Origin: Octopus sinensis | Taxonomy: Eukaryota | Assembly: GCF_006345805.1 (NCBI RefSeq) | Contig: NC_042999.1 | Span: forward strand, 114,328,001-114,392,000 | Length of the DNA stretch: 64,000 nucleotides | Reading direction: 5' to 3' | In this document: piece by piece, positions 54,318 through 64,000 of the stretch | Position numbering within the stretch: the first letter of the stretch is position 1 | How the letters are laid out: every line of letters starts with the position of its first letter | Translations under genes and position numbers: made by a program | Notes under the pieces: generated by a model | What the model saw: only the letters and a program-made list of their open reading frames with translations | What the model was told of the DNA's origin: nothing | Database searches by the model: none

Positions 54318-55205
54318 CAGGGTACAATGGGAAAATTGTCGCCATTTTATAACGTTAATTTCACGCATGCACATTGTTTGTTTTTGGTTTTGTGGACTAC
54401 ACAGTATGGTAGGGTCAATTGGGCACCGTCTGTAAGAAAAACAGCCCCACGACGCAGTTCACTCTGCCAGGAATTTGGAACGACACGCTGTACTGATTGG
54501 AATTCACGCCGGAAACTCCAATACGAACATTTCTGAGTGTCTGGGTGCCAATCTGAGGACAGTGCAATTTGAGGGTATGTACCAAGAGTGATAAAAATCT
54601 AACATCCAGTCAACTTCATGGTGTTTGGAGCGACCACAAGTGGTGGTGACGTTATGTGTCCATTTATCTTCATATACGGCCTCAGACTCAACACAGAAGC
54701 CTACAGCAAGTGCCTGGAGGAGGTAGTGCTGCCCTGGGTCAAGAGAGTGGTTACTGGAAGACCCTATGTCTGGTAACAGGATTCTGAACCATGTCACAAA
54801 AGCAGGAGAACCCAGTCATGGTTGTCAGATAATTTCTGCGACCACATCACCCCTAACATCTGGCCACCTAACTCTCCAGACTGCAACCTCCTTGATTATC
54901 ATGTGTGGGGTGCAGTTGAGCGAGAGACCAACAAAACCCCTTGTAACACCAAAGATGAACTGAATGCAACGATTATAGCAGCATTCAACAACTTGAACAA
55001 GAAGATCGACTTGAAGACTTGCAGGAGATTCCGAAGTCGTCTGGAGGCCGTGATTAAAGCCAGTGGCGATTTTATTAAATATATTTACTCTTTAGTATTT
55101 CAAGATATTTTTATGTAATTTTGGTAAATACATCTGTTAAAATGAGATGTCAGTGTTATTTTCATTTTTGCGTAATTAAGACAACAATTTACTCATTGCA
55201 CCCTG
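54318..55205 (+). mobile_element. Internally deleted Tc1/mariner (maT/DD37D-like) transposon
   Basis: TIR cagggtacaatgggaaaattg / caatttactcattgcaccctg; WPPNSPDCNLLDYHVWG catalytic-end motif. Confidence 0.85.
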
Positions 55206-58039
55206 AACAGATACACAGAACCACACACACACAATGGCACACAAAGCACAAACATTAACATACTGGCGCAGGAGTGGCTGTGTGGTAAGAAGCTTGCGTC
55301 CCAACCATATGGTTTCGGGTTCAGTGCCACTGCGTGGAACCTTGGGCAAGTGCCTTCTACTATAGCCTTGAGCTAACCAAAGACTTGTGAGTGGATTTGG
55401 TTGACGGAAACTGAAAGAAGCCCGTAGTATATATATATTTGTGAGTGTCTGTGTTTGTCCCCACTCCCCACCATTGCTTGACAACCAATGTTGGTGTGTT
55501 TACGTCCCAGTAACCTAGCGGTTCGGCAAAAGAGACCGATAGAATAAGTACTAGGCTTACAAAGAATAAATCCTTGGGTCGATTTGTTCGACTAAAGGCG
55601 GTGCTCCAGCATAGCCGCAGTCAAATGACTGAAACAAGTAAAAGAATAAAAGAATAAAAAGAATAAAAGAATACCACACACACACACATGATCGCGTACG
55701 CAGAACATTCACACACACATATGCACACATATATAGACACACAAAAGACTTATAAACTTAAAATATGCCACAGAAACAACCATTCATGTGCTTACTGTAA
55801 ACATACAACCATACACACACTAAACACACACATACACGCGCGCGCACACACACCTTTACCCATTAATCACTCATATCTCACAAATATTTTAAATACATTA
55901 CGGAGATGTACTTGCATAGCAAGTGACCTGATCTGAAATCCTGTGCTACAACGAAAACAATTGCAGCGTGGAAGATGTTTATAAGCTATTTAAGAAACAC
56001 ACAAAAAACGGTAGATACACTTCAACATTTAAATTTAATTTATCAAAATATTTTCGTCGCTTTGAGACCGCGATCTGTCCACGCTGCAATTATTTTAAAT
56101 ACAATTAATATGAAAGCAGCATACTCCTATTCAGATATTGGTTTCAAGTTCTGGTACAAGGCCAGCAAATTCGGAGTAAGTTGATTACATCGACCCCATT
56201 GTTGCACTGGTTTTTATTCTATCGACCCCGAAAGGATGAAAGATTAACTTGAGATCGGCAGAATTTGAACTCAGAACATAGAGACAGACAAAATGCTACT
56301 AAGCAAAATGCTACTTGCGTACTGGAGTCGATCTAATCGACTGGGCCCCTCCCCAAAATTTCGGACCTTGTGCAAAGAGTAAAAAAGAATATTGTCCCAG
56401 GTCGGCCAAAGCTTCTTCAGTGGATCTGGTAAGCAGAAACTGAAAGAAGCCTGTCGTATGTGCGCGTGTGTGTACGTTTGTGTCTAGGTTTTTCCCCACC
56501 CACCCACCCACCCACCAACCACTTGACAACCGGTGTTAGTGCGTTTGCGTCCCTGTAACTTAGCGGTTTGGTACAAGAGACTTATGGAATAAGTATCAGG
56601 TTTAAAAAATAATTATTAGTGTCGATTCATTCGCCTAAAACCCTTAAAGGCAGTGCCCCAGCATGGCCGTAATCTAATGACTGAAACAAGTAAAAAATAA
56701 GAGATAAAAGATAAACGTAGGCATCAAACACACAGATTTATCTTTCATTTGTGTCTGATCAACCGCATCCTCTTCGGTTTTCAATTTCTCCATAATACTC
56801 GAAAGGTTACACAAGCCGGCAACGAATGGATAAGTAGACTACACTACAGCTTGGCTTGTTACTATGGAAACAGGCATCAATATGTCAGTGGCTTTCGACT
56901 GGCTAAAATTACCCGGAATTTGCAAACTTTAAAAGCTATTAACTTTTTATTCATTAATTTAAATCAAAAATGAATTTCATTTCCATAATTAGCATACAAA
57001 ACTACATCAATATACCAAATTTGAAATCAATTGGAACGAAATTGAAGGAATTGAAAAATGAAAGCCAAACAAAAAAGATCCGAAAACCCTAGGGTCGATT
57101 TGTTCGACTAAAATATTTCAAGGCGGTCATATGACTGAAACACATAGAAGATAAGTGATGAAAAGATTTCTTTCTTTCTTTGGCTCAATTACTATTGAAA
57201 CCTCTTGTTATTTTTCATAGTAATCACTTCCTTTTCACTCCGATACTCCACTCCACCGCCGCTTCCTTATAGGTAAGAAGCAATAACTCGTAGATAATCC
57301 AAGTGGGAATAACTTGCAACATCTCCGCTATTGTGAATAACTGGCTTCTTAGCTGCACGCGCTAAAGATAAACACACAACTACCACCCACACAAAAAACA
57401 ACTCATAAACACTGTTCCTTGGGAATAAAAACAGTCCATAATTTCTCAAAGTTTATAATAACTCCGCCCATAATTTTACTGAACAGAAATAGTAAATTGA
57501 AAGGTCCGCCCATTAAAACAACGTCACAAGCTCCACCTACTACATGAATATATATATAGAGATATACATAATACACACCCAACCATATATTCTTTGTACA
57601 ATAATATAACCGCCATTTTGTTAATGTTCTCAATATCCGAGTTTGTTTTTTAAACTCTTCTACTTTATATCATTATTGTGTGTAACGAATTTTGTACTCG
57701 GTATGTTTGTATGAAGAAAAAATTTAGAAATAATAGAAAATATAAAAAACGCATTTAAAAATAATAGAAAACCAAAAGTAAAACTATATACTCTTTTACT
57801 TGTTTTAGTCATTTGACTGCGGCCATGCTGGATCATCGCCTTTTAGTCGAACAAATCGATCCCAGGTCTTATCGGTCTCTTATGCCGAACCGCTAAGTTA
57901 CGGGGACGCAAACACACCAACATCGGTTGACAAGCGATGGTAGGAGGACAAACACAGATATGCAAACACACACACATATACATACATACATACATACATA
58001 CATACATACATACATACATACATACATACATACATACAT

Positions 58040-58101
<62 letters not shown>

Positions 58102-58173
58102 GTACTGGGAGAATAAGAAACGGAACGAAGCGAACGAATCGAATCGAACCCGACGCGAGGGCGCTGTCAAACA

Positions 58174-59483
58174 ATAGTGTAATAAATAAAATATATGCAT
58201 ACATACAAAACATATATGTACGTACCTACATCTACATGTATATATACATGCATATATAAATATATATACACGTGAGTACAGGACACCACAACTAGACGTA
58301 GAACTCAACGAGAAACGAAAACGGAAAAACCATTTTTTTACAACAGAAAAACAGAGACGTAGAACTCAACGAGAAACGAAAACGGAAAAACCATTTTTTT
58401 ACAACAGAAAAAACAGAGTACAGGACATACTACACAAGGAAAAATCCCCTTCATCAGCTGTCACTAGTTCGGCTCCAGCGTGTTTCGAAGGCAAGACAGG
58501 ACACGACTCGCCAAACTAATCCTTCCTGCGAGAGAATTAAAATAAAATTGCCTCGCAGAGGAGTAAAAACAAGCAAAGAAAAAAATGTAACACAAACAGG
58601 ACGTAAAAACGATACAAATAAAACTACAAAATAAAAATACAAGATAAAAATACGCGTACAAGAAAATACAATACGAGAAAAAAAAATAAACAAGAAAACA
58701 AACAAGAAAACAAACGAAAAGACCTTTTTTCTGGCTGAGACGGAGGAGATTCTAGCAGCGCATGAGAACACAAATGTGTATCTTTACAGTTTGAAGGCCG
58801 CGTGTACTCAGCCGCTTGTCTTCCTCTATCTCTCTCTCTCTCACTCCTCCTCATCTTTGCCACTGCTAGCCAAAACTACTTCCTTTTACACGCGGCCTTC
58901 AAACTGTAAAGACACACATTTGTGTTCTCATGCGCTGCTAGAATCTCCTCCGTCTCAGCCAGAAAAAAGGTCTTTTCGTTTGTTTTCTTGTTTGTTTTCT
59001 TGTTTATTTTTATTTCTCGTATTGTATTTTCTTTTTATTTCTCGTATTGTATTTTCTTGTACATGTATTTTTATCTTGTATTTTCATTTTGTAGTTTTAT
59101 TTGTATCGTTTTTACGTCCTGTTTGTGTTACATTTTTTTCTTTGCTTGTTTTTACCCCTCTGCGAGGCAATTTTATTTTAATTCTCTCGCAGGAAGGATT
59201 AGTTTGGCGAGTCGTGTCCTATCTTGCCTTCGAAACACGCTGGAGCCGAACTAGTGACAGCTGATGAAGGGGATTTTTCCTTGTGTAGTATGTCCTGTAC
59301 TCTGTTTTTTTCTGTTGTAAAAAAATGGTTTTTCCGTTTTCGTTTCTCGTTGAGTTCTACGTCTAGTTGTGGTGTCCTGTACTCACGTGTATATATATTT
59401 ATATATGCATGTATATATACATGTAGATGTAGGTACGTACATATATGTTTGTATGTATGCATATATTTTATTTATTACACTAT
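58174..59483. repeat. Large inverted repeat: ~600-bp arms (58174-58806 and 58887-59483) with an 80-bp spacer, inside the (TA)n of a SINE
   Basis: The arms are near-identical reverse complements. The left arm has a ~60-bp tandem duplication and the right arm a ~24-bp duplication. Confidence 0.95.
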
Positions 59484-59942
59484 ATATATATATATATGCA
59501 TACGACAGGCTTCTTTCAGTTTTTGTCTACCAAATCCACTCACAAGTCTTTGGTCGGCCCGGGGCTATAGTAGAAGACACTTGCCTAAGGTTCCACGCAG
59601 TGGGACTGAACCCGGAACCATGTGGTCGGGAAGCAAGTTTCTTACCACAATGCATGTATACGTCTATATATCTTGTCTTAGTGCAGTCATTAGACTGCGG
59701 CCATGTTGGAGTACTGTTTTGAAGAAATTTTAGTCGAATGAATCGACAGCAGTACTTAATATTCTAAAGCCTGGTACTTATATTATCGATCTCTTTTGTC
59801 GAACCGTTATGTTACGCCTTGTATAACAGGATGGATAAAATCTTGGACCTTCCAAGTTATTTGAAGAAGAAGGAAGAGGCTGTTGTAAGGTCAGCCCAAC
59901 ATCACCAGTTAAGGGTAAGTAGAACCCTTGCGTCTTTGAGTA

Positions 59943-62900
59943 ATGCCCACACTTAACCTTGGGTATTTGAATGTGCATGGTCTGAGTTCGAAGTGGAATT
60001 AAGCCTGTTTTCTCGACGACCTTAGATCACACGATATGCATGTGATGGTTGCTACGGAGACCAAGCTGGACAGTCTACAAACCTTCTCGCCTCTCCTGAA
60101 TGGCTATGAGAAAATCATATCTCCTAGCCAGACCGGAGGATGTGGGGATGTAGTGGTGCTGGTTCGTAAAGGCTTCGCTCTGCAGACAAGTACAGTCTAT
60201 GTAAATCCTGGAGGTGGGCTAGTCATCCTTGATGTGACATACAGCGGTAAGGCGTTCAGGTTGATCGGGATCTATGCACCTTGTGCTAGAGGACTTCAAA
60301 CTGATTTTTATCGGCGCCTAGAGAACTTTCTCATAACGTCGAAGACATTAGTAGTGTTAGGAGACTATAACGCTATCGTTGACGCGCGCATCGATAGCGT
60401 TGGCTCGACCTGTAGGAAAGCGAACTCACGTCTCGTAGATCTGCTTAAGCGCTTTCAGCTAGCAGATCGTTACAAGCTTGACCATCCGAATGACCCAGAG
60501 TGAACCTGGACTAGTGGCGACGGAAGGCTCAAGTCTTACTTAGATAGGATAGTAATAAGAACTAGAGATAAGGCTAGTTTTAGTTGTCCACAGCTTGTCC
60601 AAGTGGCTTACACTGACCACATAATGGTTTAGTGTAGACTGGACATAGTACAATTAAGAGAGGATCCAGCTACTGGAAGCTGAACAAGTCTATTTTGACT
60701 TGCGAGGAATACCGTAGCCGGATTAAGGAATTAGTACAAAGTGTGTTAACCGGCGCTGTGGTTAATAACCGGTGGTGGTTCTCTCTCAAGAAAGCTATTC
60801 GTTTCGAGTCTATTAGGTTTAGCCATCGGCTAAGACTAGATAAGGCCAGAATAGAAGGGCAACTAGTTAAGGACTTAGAGGCGGCGTTGAGATTGGGCTC
60901 TGCATCCCACATTTTAGCAGCGAGAACGGCCTTGGTCCATCATCTTAAAGCCAAATATAAGGAGTGCAGAGTTCGGGCTAAAGTGCGCACATTGGGCTGT
61001 GAGGTAATTAATGTTGCCGGATGGGCCCGTACGGTAGAAAACCAGCGTAGCAACGATGCCACAATTAGGTCTTTCGCTGATGACAATGGGTGTTCGGTTG
61101 ATGTACAGGACGAGATGTGTGAGGCGCTTTACAAGCACTTTGCCGAGTTGTTCGGGAGGAGCGGGGTGCTGGCGGCCCGCGTCTCTCGGCACGAGAGGCT
61201 GAGAGCTGTGAAGGGCCAATCACAGCCGAGGAGGTGCTGGGCGAATGCCCCGGGGAGAAGTCGCCGGGTCTCGATGGTCTGCCTTATGAATTCTACAAAA
61301 GTATGCCAGACTTATTCGGGCACTTGCTGGCCGGCATCTACGCCAACTGGCAGCAGAATAGGAGAATTTCCAAGTCTGCGAGCCGGGGGGTGGTGACGTT
61401 GATCAGGAAGGACTCGAGCAAGGGGGACGAAATAGGGAATTTCAGGTCCCTAACTCTGCTAAACACAGAGTTAAAGATTTTTGGCCAAGGTGCTAGCGAA
61501 AAGGTTGGTGCGGGTCGTGGACAGACTTGTCGAGGAAGCGCAACGTGGGCTGTCCCGGGCAGGACAATCCACGACAATCTCCACCTTGTACACTACTCCT
61601 TAGAAAGGGTGGGGAAGCTTTATGGCGCAGGGGGAGGGGCACTGGTACATTTAGACCAGTCCAAAGTATTTGATAGGGTCGACCATCGGTACTTGACGGC
61701 GGTCCTCGAGAAGGCTGGCCCGGGCCTGACCTTCCGCGGTTAGATTGCTGCTTTGTACAGCGACATCGAGTCTGTCGTCAAAGTAAACGGTCTCTTTTCG
61801 AAACCATTCAGGATCAAGTGCTCAGTGCGTCAGTGGTGTCCCCTGTCTCCACTTTTTTATGTGTTGGCTCTCGAGCCATTACTGCGGAGGTTGGAGGCAA
61901 TAGGGGGCGCGTCGCATGATCTATGGTGTGAAAGAGGAGCTACGGCCATCATCGTGGCGGATGAGGGCCAGCTTCCCGTCGTGAAAGAGGCTATCAAAAG
62001 TTTCGAGGCGGTGGCAGGAGCAAAGGTTAACAAGGACAAATCGGTCGGTTTGCAACTCGGCACTTGGAGGGGCAAGCCGATGGCGTCCAATAACGACGTC
62101 GGGCGTTGAACGGAAGATCCTGTTAAGCTGCTGGGAGACTGGTTTGGCCCAGACCTCCAGATAGAGAAAAATTAGAGTGAGGTGACCAGCAAGGTGGCTG
62201 CTCTAACCCAGACCTGGTCTGGGCGGGCGTTATCCTTGCTAGGGAAGGCGGAGGTGGTGCAGATGCTTATAGCATCGGTTATCAGCTACCGTCTGACCGT
62301 GGTGCCTTGCCCCGATTTGTGGCTGAACAAGTTGGAGAGAATCCTTTTCCGCTTTTTGTGGAAGGGAGAAAAGCCACTTGTGAAGCGCTCTGTCTGCTAC
62401 CAGAAACCGTTAAAGGGTGGGCTAGGGATGCCTTGGCTGTGGATGCGAAAATTCGCGTTAAGGTTCAGGCACCTCTGGCTTTACCTGGATGGAGAGCAGG
62501 TGTGATCACCGCACGTGGTTCTACTTTCCGCAGTTGACGCCATTAACAAACATTGGTACATTGATCAGGCAGAGACCTAGACTGGGGGACTGGCAATTGG
62601 AGTACCGTCAGGCACTTCAGCTACTCTTTCGGGTGAGCAATATCGGCAACAGGAGTTCCATCGCATATTTTTATAGTGGGTTAGTAGAATTTATGTCTGA
62701 AGACGCCTTGAGAGAGACCCTGGGCTACGGTGACAATCAGTTGATCAACTTGTTCAGGAGAACTTTCAGGCCGGGGTATCTGGACAATTACCAGGAATCC
62801 TTGGCTTGGAAGTGCTTCCGTGAGGCGTTACCTGTTCGTGATAAACTGCCAAGTCACAGAAGTGCTGTCTCGCCGGCATGTCCGAGGTGCGGGCGGGACA

Positions 62901-63480
62901 GGGTAACCGTCTTCACTTTGACGACAGACTCGATGTCGCTGTACAAAGCAGCAATCTAACCGCGGGAGGTCAGGCCCGGGCCAGCCTTCTCGAGGACCGC
63001 CGTCAAGTACCGATGGTCGACCCTATCAAATACTTTGGACTGGTCTAAATGTACCAGTGCCCCTCCCCCTGCGCCATAAAGCTTCCCCACCCTTTCTAAG
63101 GAGTAGTGTACAAGGTGGAGATTGTGGAATGTCCGGAATTAACGGGACTGATAGCTTTCACAGAACAACTATTGTCATCGATGGGAAGAGTACAGCTATC
63201 AGCTGAGTCTATCATCGAGATTGTGCCGTCTCCTTCCCTTGACAGGGAAAGGAAGGCTTTCTTTTTCTGCGTAGTAGCTATACTGAAAGAAACAGTATGG
63301 AAGACGCGTGTGTGAGGCATAGTGACGGGTATCTTTGTCTCCGGCCAGGGGTTGGTTAACTTTTTTAGTTATCACCTCAGTAGCAAAATCAGGCTGGGGA
63401 AGGGGTACCTGTCACGAAAGAGATTCGCGAAAAGATGGAAGCCTGTGGCAAGCAAGCTGAGAGCGATTGGCACCAGGTAA
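59943..63480 (+). pseudogene. L1/Tx1-clade non-LTR retrotransposon ORF2 (APE-RT-zinc knuckle), multiply disrupted
   Basis: LNVHGL, ETKL, IYAP, LGDYN, SYLDR, TDH, YWKLNKS, KSPGLDGLPYEFYK, FRSLTLLNTELKI, LDQSKVFDRVDH, VRQ.CPLSP and C..C....H...EC. Confidence 0.92.
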
Positions 63481-63869
63481 GTGGAGTCCGGGAAAAAGCG
63501 AAGGTTCTACCCTGGTGGTCGGATGCCTTTCCTTCAGGGAATTCCTTGCAAGTCGCAATGAGTATCATGTCATCATTTAATATTTAATTGTATCACATAA
63601 ATTTATCATCCGAAATGTGAACTTTTAATCGTTATAGCAGCTACTTCACCTTTTTATGTTTGTCTGTCTTTGTAATGCCTTCATGGCAAATTTAATGAAA
63701 TAAAGTAGCTTGCTTACCAGCCACATGGTTCTGGGTTCAGACCCACTGCGTACACCTCTTCTACTGTAACCTCGGCCGACTAAAGCCTTGTGAGTGGATT
63801 TGGTAGATGGAAACTGAAAGAAGCCTGTTGTATGTATATATATATGTTTTCGTTTCTCATTGTGTTCAA

Positions 63870-63956
63870 CTTTACGAGTTTTTTTTACAAGGCTTAGAAA
63901 AGCTGGAGGACCGCTGCAATAAGTGTGTGAATCTGAGGGGTGGCATATGTTGAATA
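63870..63956 (+). mobile_element. mariner transposase extreme C-terminal fragment
   Basis: GLEKLEDRCNKCVNL.G.YVE* resembles the mariner terminal RW.KC....G.YVE motif. Confidence 0.55.
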
Positions 63957-64000
63957 AAATCATAATTAACTAATCCTTCTGTATTTTCTTTTGCTCAAAG

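Overview
AT-rich, microsatellite- and transposon-dense animal genomic DNA. The SINE families and repeat landscape look like an Octopus/cephalopod genome (inference). Most ORFs in the supplied track are microsatellite or repeat artefacts. The one host gene I can support is the 5' part of a histone acetyltransferase 1 (HAT1) gene on the minus strand: coding exons 15066-15060, 4563-4486 and 2231-2156, continuing past the left edge, with a YY1/E2F-type promoter. The rest (about 15.3-64 kb) appears intergenic. It holds a nearly complete mariner, other Tc1/mariner pieces, Helitron pieces, RTE, CR1-type, R4/Dong-type and L1/Tx1-type LINE relics, MITEs and many tRNA-derived SINEs. The most interesting pattern is three asymmetric palindromes sitting in (TA)n tracts (24.7-25.2, 37.6-37.9 and 58.1-59.5 kb). 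One carries two mirror-image minimal hammerhead ribozyme motifs and lies beside a decayed GIY-YIG endonuclease, pointing to Penelope-like retroelement activity. Other notable items are a microhomology-bounded 211-bp inverted self-copy inside an L1/Tx1 element and three diverged, co-oriented copies of an unexplained ~1 kb segment.
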